Below are positions 37,187 to 50,447 of a stretch of DNA of 64,000 bases, in pieces (within the stretch, counting starts at the first letter, position 1; every line of letters starts with the position of its first letter). The notes below the pieces were generated by a model. The model was not told the DNA's origin and made no database searches. It worked only from the letters and a program-made list of their open reading frames with translations. Both the position numbers and the translations under genes were made by a program. The stretch comes from Trichosphaerium sp. ATCC 40318 (lineage: Eukaryota > Protista > Tubulinea). The DNA lies in the NCBI GenBank assembly GCA_038496445.1, contig JALMLS010000299.1:124001-188000 (forward strand), written 5' to 3'.

Positions 37187-39189
37187 ATGCAGATGGTTGT
37201 AGAAGGTAAAATAAATTGGTTATTGCTTTCCTGACAATAGTAGGTTTGGGCTATGCATTCACCGCAGTACACGGACTAATGCAAGCGAATAAGGTAACAG
37301 CTTTTTTGTACAATTAAAACTAACCAACCAAGGACTTCGTTAATGAAGTAGATGGGTTAACAGACACTATTGGCATGGTCGAAGCAGCAACGGCACCTGT
37401 TTTATTACAATACGAGGCAAGCTTTTTGTATACGCGTGTATTTAGCTCTAACCGCGTTTAGAATGATAAGGAAAGCCTCGGTGATGACATGCAAACCGTT
37501 GTAGAATTAATTGATAAAACTGTAAAAGATGCTAAAGATACCCTTGAACGCGTACAAGAAAGCAGGTACATAACATGGAATGTTATTCTCCTATTAACGC
37601 CACTAGAAAAAATGCAACACTCATTTTTGGTGTCAACTTGTGGCGCCCTCAAAAAGACATTGACGAGCTTAAAAGTCATCAAGACAAGTTAAACAAGCTT
37701 ACACAAGTACTTTCTATAGCTATATCGTCTCGTAAAGGCAACCCAACCGCTCAAAGGTACAAGACAACGTTCGTTTTGAATTTTTGACATAACTGTTAAA
37801 GGGGTTGCGTTGAATTGAGGGAACAGTTACTGAAACAGAAGTCACTAGCTTTTTGGGCAAAACACTTTGCAGATAGCTACGTCAAAGTATCATGGGGATC
37901 ATTTGGTGCTGCCCTAATGCATGAATACTTGCCTGAGTATGACAATGATCTGAAAAAGTACAGACAAATGGTGTGCGCTTTTTATTCCAGTACCAACCTT
38001 CTCTTTGACTCATTCGACCTTTTTCTTTAGCAACACGCCTTGAAACAAGTACTCGATCGCAGTAGGCACGTGTAAAACCCAAGACCATTTGTTTTTCTTA
38101 TGATTAACATAAAGTTTATAGGGATAACGTAGTTACAATATATGATCTAGCTTCGTTTACAAAAGACCTTGATTTAGACGAAGCAGTAAAACAGTTCGAA
38201 GAACGCTTCAAAAAAGAACTTGAATCCACAAAATCATCCTCATCCCGTAAGAGAACTCTGGCACAATCAGATGACATGCCAACTACAAAGTACGCCTCGT
38301 AAAAAATAAAAGAAGAGAAAATAGAGCTTTGATAAGCATCATCAAGTACAACTACTTACCCCTTTGTTAGACGAAGAAAAATGATGCCTCCACCTATTCC
38401 AACACGGAGTAAATACCATTTAGAAATATTCGGAAGTACTCCAGTTATAAAGCATACCACAAACAGCAAGGTTGCTCGCATTGGTATCAATTGGCTTAAA
38501 CCACATGCAATTGGAAGACAAGATTTTGTTGGTATTCTTCCACCAGAGCTCTTGGCGCGTATTAGTCGCGTTCATTTTGTTATTGGAGCACAGGTCGATA
38601 ATCAAGGAAAGCCCTCTAGTTTTTACGTTACAGATAAGAGGTACAAAGTCCGGGTATTTATTGGGAAGAATTAACTTTTTTTCGTACAGTGGGAATGGAA
38701 CTTTTTTGAATGGTACCCTGTTGGGACGAGGTAATACGAGCCAATTGGCAGCTCTTGATAAGATTGTCATGCTTCGCAATAAAAGAACACATAAACCAGA
38801 ACTTGGGTACAGTTAAAGCTACACGACAAGAAATTGACTCAAAATGTTGTTCTAGATATACATTCACTATCAAAGTGAAGAAGCAATTATCCAGATCAAT
38901 GTCATCACCTTCTGTTGGCATATCAAAGATGTCCATAACGTCAGATACAAAAATACAGCCAAACAATCCGCGACCATCCTGTAAATACGGCAGAAATTGC
39001 TACAGAAAAAATGAAAAGCATAGAACAGACTTCTATCATGAAGGGGAAGATGATCCTTTGACTGATGATACTGCATCTGAAGGAAAATCGCCTTCAATTA
39101 GTGTTCCTGATACCAAAACAACTGATAAAGTACCAGACATTGTAATAGTAGAAGCGTCAGGAAGTGATAGTGTAAATAAAGAAAAATAG
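37187..39189 (+). CDS. Multidomain protein: N-terminal helical bundle, Cbl-type EF-hand-like domain, FHA, PBZ zinc finger
   Basis: FWAKHF..VSWGSF..LKQVLDRS|RDNVVTIYDLASFTK; FHA AIGR..ISRVHF..DK|SGNGTFLNG; PBZ RPSCKYGRNCYRKNEKHRTDFYH. Confidence 0.8.
37417..37461 (+). other. GC-AG intron
   Basis: TACGAG|GCAAGC...CTAACCGCGTTTAG|AATGAT; nearby GT donors give the wrong phase. Confidence 0.7.
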
Positions 39190-39342
39190 TCTCAACAAGT
39201 ATTAGGTTGTTTTAGAGCTTTATATTTTTTACAATTTTTACAATTAGTTGCCGGTATCGACTGCTCTAAGTTTTATTTCCAAATAATGAAGTGGCATTGT
39301 TAATCAATGTCCTAGTTTTCGTTAGTTTGTGATGGCTAAAGT

Positions 39343-40500
39343 TTATGATGTCGCCTCAACGTACTTCTGTGTAGTTCTCTTTGCTCGATCAGTGAATAGT
39401 CCCCAATCCCATCGATAATTAGGATATAATTGACCCAGTACTTGTGGATAGTATAGTACTAAACCACGTGCACCTATTTCTGAAAGTGCAGTATACGATA
39501 CATCATACCTAACATATCAAATGTCAAACGGTGTGTTGACAACCTCAAATAAAAAACCAATCAACACTGTACCACTTGCTAGGATAAACTATCTCCAACT
39601 TTTTTTCCAAATCTCTTAATGTTTTAACAACAGGATCATCTTGTTGCCAATACCCTTGAGGTGCCTTACTAACTTTATATTGAGGTGATACATTTCAAAG
39701 GATAAAATAGACTAACCCAAATAAGTAGTGTTGCCATGCAAAATGTGGGTACAGCGTTTCAAGTGCCATGGGTAAACTTCCATTATATCTGAGTTCTGTT
39801 AGTTATACAGTAACTGTTATAAAGGCTGCAAAGGCTGTTGCAGTGTGGTATGTAAATCTCACTTTTTATGTATTAAGAAACCAACGCCAATAGATGCCAA
39901 GTCATCCTTGTTGTAGTTATACCACTCATCCATTGTTTTGAAGTTTTCTTTTTGTGAGAACATATCAAATGCTTGTCTTTGGTTAACCAGAGAATCCCAA
40001 TGATTTCTTGGCACCTTTCTAAATCACGTGAGCTTCAGTGCCATCAAAACTGGTAATACCTGAATCTGTGCATATCCCAATCGACTTCTGGGTAGATGTA
40101 CGCTAGTGCCAGTGAAATGTGACGATGTCTAAGGCGTTAGAGTAAGAGCAGTTTACTTGATGTATTCGTGCGATTTGATAATATCGTAGCCTCCTAGGCG
40201 TTTCTTTCGAATGTCTACATTTGTTATGTTGTACCAACCGTCAAAACTCTTTAGATCAAAAGCTTGGGTTATTTCATCAAGCTTTCGCTTATGCCTATAC
40301 TCTAAATCGAATATGGCGTGGTATGGAGCGATTACACCGACCTCAGACTGAAAGCTTGCTTTGGCAACTACAATCACCGTAAATAACATTATTGAGTATT
40401 AATATGGCGTTTTCGATAGTAATAGGCTTTTCTTACTTGTAATTTGCACAACAGTACTAGGCTTTCGTGCTGCTGAGCGCATAACACACTGAACGAGCAT
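39343..40500 (-). CDS. Uncharacterised repeat protein (FD..DWY....GG...YP...W repeats), likely mitochondrial
   Basis: Three ~70-aa repeats: FDGWYN..YPEVDW, MDEWYN..YPHFAW, SKWYD..YPNYRW; basic N-terminus. Confidence 0.7.
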
Positions 40501-40608
40501 GTGACGCACATGTAGGTATTTATGTACTGAGTATAACAAACTTAACACTAAATATTTAAAAAACAAGGTTCTGTTTTTATTTGGTCAACAAGATTATCCA
40601 AATAGGAT

Positions 40609-43600
40609 TCAAGGTCTTTGGATTGTTAGGGAGAACAGTTGACCCACTGTATTTGCAGCAATGATATGCTTCTTTCCAGAGACAGTGGCACTGGCTACGC
40701 TCGTGAGAGGAGCGGAGGTAACGAATTCGCCAGTGGATTTGCGCGTTCTAGTGTTCCAAGCGCGAAGTGTTGTACCACCAACAGATAGGAGCTCTGTGTT
40801 GACAGCAGGCATAAATGTGATGCCAGATAAGCGACCTTGGCCAAGCAACGTGATTGAGCTGTTGTTTGGTGAATTAACGGAACTCACACGAATAGATCCG
40901 TCTTCGGAGCACGAGGCGAGAGAGTTGCTATCAGGACTGAAGGCGAGATCGGTGACACAATTCGTGTGAGCAGGGATTTGAAAGGCAAGAACACCGTTTG
41001 ATGGATTCCATAATCTGACTGTATCATCGTATGAGGCCGAAGCGCAGAAGCGGCCATTAGGAGAGAAGCATACCTGAAAAAGAAATTAATTTATGAAAAA
41101 CTTGAAAAGAAGATATTATACACTTACCTTAGTGATCCAGTCAGTGTGTCCAGTCATAACCCTTTGTTTGGATCGCGAACCAACACTCCAAACAATGACC
41201 TGGTTGTCCCAACCACCTGAAATGATCTTGGAGCCAGAGGAATCGAATCCACAACTCCACACAGGGGCATTATGACCTGTGAATGTGGCAACTGCTGTGT
41301 TACCTTGACGAATATCCCACAGTTTCAATAACTTGTTGTCAGCAGCTGTAACAATAAGAGAACCATTTGAAGAGAACTTGGCGTCACGGACTGGGATATT
41401 TTCTCCGTGAGTGAAGGTGCGCATTTTGAGGCCTGTCTCGAGGTTCCAGACGATTGCGGTTCCATCATCTGAGGCTGTGACTGCTTTGCCTGAAGAGGTG
41501 ATGTCTACGTTATTGACATAACCAGGGTGTCCTTCCAAGGTTTCAAGGACTACTTCTTCTTCTGGCTCGTCGACAGTAAGGGAAAAGCTGCTGGTAAAGC
41601 CATAACCGCCTACATCGTCATCGTCGTCCTTGTCATCACCAATACCGGCATTCCACATTTTCATTGTACCGTCCTTGCTCGCAGATACAATTTGCTTGGT
41701 GACTGGATCGAAATTTGCAGATAGGACAGAGTCTGCGTGACCAGTAAGAGTAGCAACCTCAGTAGCTGCCAAAGGATTCCAGATCTAAACAATGACGTTA
41801 ATACCAAACACTTCGCTGATGTATTATTATTACCTTTAATGTGTGGTCATCAGAAACGGAGGCAATACGTTTGCCATCTGGAGAGAATGCAACGCCGTTG
41901 ATGCGCATCTCGTGTCCTTTGAGAGTCGTAATTTCAGTGCAGGATTTAGCGTCCCAGATTTTAAGGGATCCATCATACGACGCAGATACAATATGTTCGC
42001 CGGTTGGAGAGAATCGGCAAAATACAACAGCGCTCTCGTGACCAGCCATAGTCGCGATTTCCTTGGTCTTGCGCATGTTCCACAATTTGAGGTTGTAATC
42101 CCATGAAGAGGATATGACGCGGTTGCTGTCGTTAGACATGTGACAGCAATTGATCCAGTCCATGTGAGCATTGATGACTTTTAGGCAATGTCCATTTCTA
42201 GCGTCCCATAGTCTTAACGTTTTATCTCTAGAAGCGGAGAGAATGTGCTTGCCTGTTAAAAGGGTAAGTAACTATTTTAGAAGGGGACAAGAAATAAACA
42301 AAAGAAGTATTATTCTTAGCGTACCGTTTGGTGCGAATGACACAGAGCGAACAACTGAGTCGTGACCAACAAGTTCTTCTTCGCATGCACTTTCACCAGT
42401 TGCAGCATTCCATACCCGAATGCTGAAGTCATCAGAGCCGGTGGCAAGGCGGTAGTCACCAGAGATTGGTGCCCATGAAAGTGAGTTTACAGCGCTGCGG
42501 TGACCCTTTAGTTCTCGCTCAACTGCACCGCTAGAAGCGTTCCAGATCACAACGAGTCCATCTTCAGAGCAAGATGCAACATAGCGGCCGTCGTACGAGA
42601 ATTCAGCGTAGGTAATTGGGCGATTGTGTGCTGTGGCAGACCAGAGTGGTTCTTCTGGTTTCTCCAAGTCCCACACAGATACAATGCAATCGGAGGATCC
42701 GGTAACAACGAGATTGCCTTGAGAAGGGTTGAAGCACACGCAGTTGAAGTAACCTTCCTTGATTTTTATGGTTTGGATCTCTTTACCCAAGTTAGCATTC
42801 CAGACTTTGAGGGTGCTGTCGTCTGATGCGGATACTACTTGCTGGCCATCTGCAGAGTATGTGACGCAGTTGATAGGCTTTGCGTGAGCGCTGAGCTTGC
42901 TGATAACTTTTCCGGCTGCGGCGTCCCAAAGGATCATTTTGTTGTCTAAGCCGCCAGATACGATGTGCTTTCCTGAAGGGGACATGGAAAGGGAACGGAT
43001 GGATCCTTCGTGACCAGAAAGGGTGCGCAATAAAGCACCGTCTTCAACATTGAAAATTGTGATATCTCCATCCCAGGAGGCTGCAATGACCTGTTTGTCA
43101 TCTGGGGAGAATGTACAACTGTTGAGAGGACGAGATTTTGGGAAATTGAACCATTTTCGTAAAGGTTTGCCTTCGATAGCATCCCAGTACTTAAGGTGGC
43201 AATCCCATGAAGCAGAAAGTAGGTATCTGCCATCGTTGGAATAAGCAACATCATTGACTCTCCTGTTGTGACCCTTGAGAGTAGTGATTTCGGCTTTGAC
43301 GTAGAGGTCCCAAAGCTTGATGGTCTTATCCCAAGATCCTGATACGAGTTGGCGACTGTCGTAAGAGAAAAGAAGAACTGGGATTGCGTTGGTGTGTCCA
43401 GTCAAAGTGCATATTTCGGCACCTAAATTGTACAAATAAGTATCTGGCAATAATATAGTAAAAAATTAAAGAGAAGCAAAACGTACCAGTGTGAGCATCG
43501 TAAATCTTGATGCTGCAATCCTTTAGAGCGCAAGCAATCATAGTTCCGTCAGGCGATACTGTAGTAGCGGTAACTGCGCCTTGGAAACCAGAGAATGTCA

Positions 43601-46600
43601 TCTTGCAACTGTTATGCTCTTGAGGTTTGTTGAGCCATTTGAACCATTGGCCATTGTGTAGCTCCTCATTCCAAAGCTCGGAGGCTTCTTTAGATGGTGC
43701 GGAGTCGTCAGGTTGGTTAATAGCCTGTTGGAATACGAGAGCTGGGCTTTTATGAAGGGTAAAGGCGTTTGACTGGAAGAATCTCATGAATTCTTTTACT
43801 TCCTTGCGTTTGTCGTATGAGCCTTGTTCTTTTGATACTGCGCGGTTGTAATCTGCGAGAAGATCGAAGCTCATGCCAAGGCTTACCTTTAACTCAACAA
43901 AGGACAAGTTAGTGAGTAAGGCGCTGAAGAGGTCGTTGCGTTCAGCCAAGCATGCGTGGTATACGACTTCAGATACGGCGTGAGTGTTTGGAGAAGGAAG
44001 GAGCTTTTTGTTCTCGTCTACCACTAGTGTGTTGTAGTGTGTTGCAAGCTTAACGTGGATCTTCGTTACGTTCTTGCGGCGTGTTCGTGATGTGTAACGC
44101 TTTTGCACGGCCTTTGTGAGCTCGTTATGGAAGAAGTTGAGCGTGCAGTCTGAAACAGGGCCAGTTTCTTTTAAGAATGAACCGAGAGCTTGGTAGAGGG
44201 TCAACCATTTTTCGGTAGTGAAACCAGTGATGTTATCGAGGAGTAGGCGTTCTAAGGTCTCCTTTGGAATACCACCGCGAGAGCAAGCAATGGCAGCGAG
44301 AGTGAGCTCAACAACTGGTTTGGTGTGATCGGTTTCGAGACGGCGCAGTACTTGGTCGAATAATTGATGGATCTTACCACCCATATCACGGATTGCTTTG
44401 GTTACTAGTTCGTATACACCAAAGATTCTCAGTTCTTCGCAAGCAACCTTTACGAAAATGTTAACAAAGGGACGAAGGAATACTAACACAAAAATCGTAC
44501 CATAAGATAAAGAGGTTTATACGCCTCTGGTTTGCGAAGTAGTACTCTCATTTGGTTGTTCATTGGACGTTCATCTAGTTTCTTGTGGTAGTCCCATAGG
44601 GTTTCACGGACAATTTCGGTTCTGGTCTTTACGTCAAGTTTTGTCATTTGAACATCAATAACCTTTGAGTGGCGTCTCTTGAATGCACTTAGAGGGGCGC
44701 CGTTGTTGAAGGAGAGCATAAACTGGCAAGGAGCGGATTTTGGAAGCCAGTCTAGAGAGTGAGCATTTTCTATGCTATCATTGAGTTGATCAATACCATC
44801 GAGTACTACGATCAATTTGCCTTGGAAAGAGGCCTCTTCGAGAATGGTAGGGAAGATCTTTACCAAATCGCGGTAGCCAGCAGGAATCTCAATGTCAAGG
44901 CTAAACGCAGCACAAATTTCGCGACAAAGGCGATCCAATGTTCTGGTAATGTTGGTGGATCCTGGACTAGATCCTAATGAAGATAGTGAGTAAATGAAGT
45001 AATGTTTGCAAAAGAGTTTACGTACCAATGTAGTGAGTTAGCACGAAAGTGTTTGGGTGCGTCTCAGCAAATCGTTTTGAGAAAGTAGCCAATAGTGCTG
45101 ATTTTCCATCACCAGGTTCGCCTGTAACTGCCAATAGTTTGGACTTATCGTTATTTGCGAATTTTTCGAGGCTGGCGAGTTCTGATTTGCGTCCAATAAA
45201 ACGACGGGATCTGTCGTATGCGTACATCTGATGGTAGTTTCTCTCCTTCTCTAGAGCATCCTTTGTATCTGGAGCAGCCGGGTATTGAGTGTCAATGGCC
45301 GACCACAACCAGTTGAACACATTTTGGCCAAAGACTTCGAGACCAGTTACAACGGGTTTGCCTTCAACTTCTCCGCCCCATGTAGCTGGGTAGTTATCAA
45401 GCACGTTCAAACCGCTAGAGCGAATGCGGTTCTTGAGATCAGTGAGCTTCTTGTGACTTTCGGCGTTGGTATCTTTGAAGTCGCGTGCGTATTTTTCAGG
45501 TACTTTAATGTCATCATTACGCAAGAAGAAACATGCACCGCTGGCCTTGCTAGGATCTTGAAGAGCGGCAAGTTGCATTTCGAGTTCGGTGATGGAGCGA
45601 CCAGCAGGGTAATTTTTGACCCATTCGAAGCGTGGATGATCTGGCAGGCCTTCGTATTCTTTTGGAGCCCAACCGTATCGGTTACCCAACATACCGATAA
45701 AGAATGGTCGACAGCGCTCAACTTCGTCGAGACAGAGCTCGAGGGACTTTCCGAGCTGGGATTCTTCTTCAGTGACACCCCAACGTAGATCAACTTCGAC
45801 TAGGTTGATTCTTCTTTGCATGCATCGTTGTTTGAGTTCAGGGAAGATTTTACGGGTGAGGAAATCACGCTCACCATGCATATCACGGAAGGTGGAAGAG
45901 ATAAACACACGGACTTCGCGCCATGGTTTGCCAATGGTAATGTTAGGATAGTTTACAGGAGATGGGACTGCTTCACCCATTTTCTCCAACCATGTCCACC
46001 ATGGAGAGGACTGTAAAAGAGGGTTAGTGCGACGAATAATTTGAGAAAAAACAAGAAAATAAAACCGTACCTCAATTTCGCGTTTGACGTTCAGGTTCTT
46101 TACGCCCTTAGCTTCGTCGATGTTTTCAACGTATTGGAGTTGGTTATCTCCTTTTTCAGCGATAAAGCGAAGAATTTGGTCGCTGAAACCGGTAACGAGG
46201 AGATCGTTTGGACTTTGTTCGTCTTGATCAAGGCTTGGTCTACCTTTACCGCTGAGGTCCACGCTTACGAAAAGAAGGTCTTCGTTTACTTCTTGACGGT
46301 ACTTCTTGAGTAAGTTGCCCTGTAAAAAAAAACAGTAAGTACTAGTAAAAGATAATTATGAACTTACGAGCTGGGATTGACTGCCATCAGAAGGATTCAT
46401 TGGGGTGTGAGATAGCACAACAATGTTATCAATACGTTTACGTTTCAAAACGAGGTCGCTTAAGTATTGGTAAGGGAATTGACCTTGACGGCTCTGATCA
46501 AGGTTGGTTGCTTGGGCACTGACGAGATTCATATTATCTAGGATGGTTCCTTCCTTGAGTTCTACTGACAAGCCATTAGGATAGGCTGTGCTTGGGGCAC

Positions 46601-48306
46601 TAAACAAATTTATAAGTAAGGATTTGAGGTTATAAAAGTATTGTGGTACCTGAAGATTCTAAAGTCGCAGTCTTCGCACACGTATTTACACATGAGACCA
46701 AGTAAGTAACCAACTTCTTGGATTTTGCGGACGGAATTACCCATGCCACGGGCTCCGGAACAGTCAGCATCGGAACCAGCACCGACGTTGCAAAATACAA
46801 CAGTGGAACCACGAATAGGACTGACATTGTGAACAGTAGCCAACTTGACAGCAGAGTCTAGAGCTGCGCGGTAATTGGCGAATACGTAGTCTGGTGGCAT
46901 ATGGGCAGGGATAATTGGCTTTTTGCGTTGGCGACGTTTCTTGCCATCGTCGGCACCACGTTTGCCGGAATTTTGTTGCTCAATGAGCTGTTTGAAGTGC
47001 GCCAAGTCGCGCGGAATTACTTCGTAAGCCGAAAAGAAGCGGAAGGGGAATTGTCTACTGTTTCGTACAGCAACTTCATTGGAAAGACGATTTTGCGCCC
47101 ACTACCACGTATTAGCACATTTTGAGATGGAGAGGAAATAAAACAAAATTATATACCTTATGGTACTTAGGGTGAACCCCTGCGAATATCAAGTTTCGCA
47201 AGTTACGCAACATGGCCATGAATGGGAGTTTTTTGTGCTCGATTAATTCTTCCCAAGTGGCTGCTTTGTTTCCCTTTTCGGACAAAAGAGTTTCCCAGGT
47301 TTCAGGAGTTGGAAGCTTCATGCGTTTTCCAGCCAATTCAGGGTCGAAGCGCCCAGGTAGACCTACACGAAAATGTTAACAAACCTACACTTTAAAATCA
47401 GTCAATAGACTTACCCGACATAGCGAATTGCGAGTCGTTTTCTGGGTACTTTTTACCCAAGATGCACATGACTGGGAACACTGGAGAGGAGACATGAAGG
47501 TGTCTAATCATTTGTTTGATAGTTAACATGGGCTTTTGAGGTTTCGTGAAACGATCAGGGTTCTTTTGCTTTTCTTCACGCATTTTTTTCAACTGTGATA
47601 AAAAAGTCAGTTGAAAAGTTTTTTTTTGCTGGCAAAGTTTTTCAGAACGTACCTTGCGCTTTACGCTGCGCTCCTTGTTGTATTTACCCAATTGATAGGC
47701 GTCGAAGCTAGGGAACTTATCGCACATAGCTTTACGTAGGCATGTTGGTACTGCCTTGCCGCTTAGAGCCTTATCAGGCAAAATGTTGTAGGTGGCAGCA
47801 ACATCAAGCCAATCGGATGGTAACCTTACAATGTGGCACAAATATTTGCGTACGAACGGCTGGCAAGCAGGGATGTTCGCTGCGAGTGCGACAATGTAGT
47901 TGGCGGTTGTTCTAATGTTCAAATCGCTTCTAACGTACAAACCCATCTTGAGAACGAACTCTGGGTCATAGAAAGAGATGGTCTTAATCTACAAAAGATA
48001 AATTTAGTTTATTTTTTAGAGCTAAAACAATTATGCTCCACAAAGTGTCTTAAAAAGTACGTACTAGATCGGCGATACGAACAAACACTTCTGCTGTTAC
48101 ATCAAATCTGGGGTTATTGATAAGAGCAGCCGAAACAGTGTTCAAGAGCGCTGTTTTAACTTTACGAAGCTCAGCTGGCGATAGCTGTTGAAAGTTGTCC
48201 TTTAATCTTCAGTTGGGTTAGTATTAGTCTTTTTAGGTTTTACTAGTACGTACCCATGAGCCCCCGATGATTTCGCTGTACCTTTACCGTTATTGCGTCC
48301 AGACAT
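40609..48306 (-). CDS. TEP1: TEP1 (telomerase/vault-associated protein): TROVE-VWA-DUF4062-NACHT-WD40
   Basis: DPEFVLKMGLYVRSDLNIR, FDAYQLGKYN, PETWETLLS..LPFMAMLRNLRN (TROVE); VRVFISSTFRDMHGERD; Walker A GEPGDGKS; Walker B IVVLDGIDQL; long WD40 array. Confidence 0.93.
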
Positions 48307-48674
48307 TATAGTTTTAGTTAATTAGACAAGCACGGTATAGTTTAGAGATAATAGGAAGAGGGGTTGCGTTTAAATAGGAACGGTCTTTTTATGAGGTTCT
48401 GTGTTCTTCTAGAACTTAGAAATTTCACAAAAATAGAATAAAAGTAGAATAAGTTGCGAAGAGATTTCTGAAAGATACGTCACATGTTTTTGTAGCGAAC
48501 CAAAACAAACTCTGCTGTATTGATGACGTTTTAAACAAAAAGCCTGTTATTCACGTAAAACAAAAACTTTGCTAAGCTCAAACTTAGTTCTTTCCAGTCC
48601 ACAGCGTATAAACAAGCGTACAAAGGTCGTTTAGAGGGTTGTAACGCTTATTTATTTTTACATGGTTAAAAGCG

Positions 48675-49444
48675 TTACGAGCGCTTTGATCGAACTTTGG
48701 GTGTCGGCGTGAGGTAATTGTATGCCCAAATAACCCGTTGAAAGATTGTAATCCATACTAACACTGTAAAGATTGAAAAAGTGTACAGGTTGTATTGGGG
48801 AAAACATAGCATAACGTTAAAAAACACAATCGTTTCAAAACCTCCAACCAAACCTGTGAGAAAGGTTAGAGTTTGCTAACTTGCAAATACTCACCTCTAG
48901 GCATCGTGATTGTTGTCAGTTCCCCAGTTGTTGACGCACCGGAATTTCTTTTTTCTAGTATTGCGGATAGGTACATCCAAGCGCCTGCGTTGATAAAAAA
49001 CGCGCTGACAAGCGTCAGAATGCTATGCTAATTCAAATGACATGCGTACCCTTCCATAAAGCTTAAAACGAGCCATAAGTCGTTTGACTGGGCGCTATAC
49101 GCGAGGCCAACTGGCAGGTATGCGTATACGATGAAATCGCAAACAATATCGAGGTAGCCTCCAAAATCGGATTGCGTATCGGAAAACCGCGCTACAGCAC
49201 CATCAAGACCATCGAGAATGCGATTGAGCAACCACAGAACTAATGCGAGTGTGTACCTGCGAAAACACCATTAACATTTCGTGTCGAACGTTAAAACATA
49301 CCACTTAAACGCTGCTGCGTACGCAGAGGCAATTCCAATCACTAATGCGAATAACGTTATGTATATTGGATGGAAGGCCGAGAAAAGCTTTGCGATGGGT
49401 AGAAATACTGCATCTTTACCAGAGCGTAAATAATCGTCAAACAT
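48675..49444 (-). CDS. CDP-alcohol phosphatidyltransferase family (YnjF-like)
   Basis: NRILDGLDGAVAR..SDFGGYLDIVCD signature; GLVGGFETIVFF. Confidence 0.88.
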
Positions 49445-49611
49445 GCGTTTGACTACTGAACAAAAGATTTAGCCTGCGGAGAAATGCAAGGGAACCTACA
49501 GAAAATGTATCACGTGTCAGTTGGCGGTGAAGATACTGAACTTAAAAAAGTATCAGCAAACGACACAGTCGCGCTAATTCAACTACCAAAGCCAAATGTG
49601 CCAGACTTCCC

Positions 49612-50311
49612 ATGGGTTGTTTTTGCTCGCGTAGAGCGTCTATTCATGGATCCTCAACAAGCACGTGGCCTGTATTTAATGAGTCACGTTACAAACAAAA
49701 TTTTGGTGTTATTGAGACAGTTGATTCTTATGTACCTCCTCCACCGTCCAGCACACTTCAAACGCTCGATGAAGAAGCTTCAGAAGATAGTTTTAGTATA
49801 AATGACGACGACAGTCAAAATAGTGACTCTAGCGAAGATATACGCTTTGTGTATGGCACAACACCAAGACCAAGCGTAACAAAAAGTAAAATACACCCAC
49901 CGTTGTAATTATGTTTTAAAAGTAATGTAGGTTTCATGGACGCATTAAACGAAGCAGAATCGTTGTCAAAAAAGGAACAAAAACCACAATTAGCGCAAAA
50001 AGCACGTGCAATAGAACCGAACGACACAAATGAAAAACCTTTACCGCCACCCAAGATAAAACATCCTGTACCATCAGTGAGGTAAGCCTTTGCGCCTATT
50101 AACCTCACAGTCGTTCAGTAGTGAGCCGACACCTACACCAAATGCAGTCAAAGCGGAAATACAAAATCGACCAAAAAGTACACCCAATATAAATTGACTA
50201 CACTCACTTTATGAAGGTACTCAATTCACAGCCAATCCCATGTTTAAGGACAATTGGGAGGAGTCACCCATAGCAATTGACGCACACGATCCCACCTCGC
50301 CGATGCTCTAG
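49612..50311 (+). CDS. Small disordered protein with N-myristoylation/palmitoylation-type start
   Basis: Starts MGCFCS; spliced exons acidic and Pro-rich; ends TANPMF..SPML*. Confidence 0.55.
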
Positions 50312-50447
50312 CCTGCGAACAGTCTCGGTTAATAAACATTGTAAACTTTAGCAGAATCCAAAAATGATAAGGCTTAACGTTACCTAAGTAAGGGTGGAAA
50401 TTCATTCAGAAAAGCTACAACAATCTCAACGTTGTACATAATTGATA

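Noticed and set aside
35004-48486. GTCACATG/CACGTG E-box-like motifs upstream of several genes
   Set aside because: One copy overlaps an ATG and others occur in coding or intronic DNA; enrichment cannot be shown by eye.
48310-48670. Possible vault-like RNA gene beside TEP1
   Set aside because: No convincing A/B boxes or terminal stem; looks like promoter plus 3' UTR.
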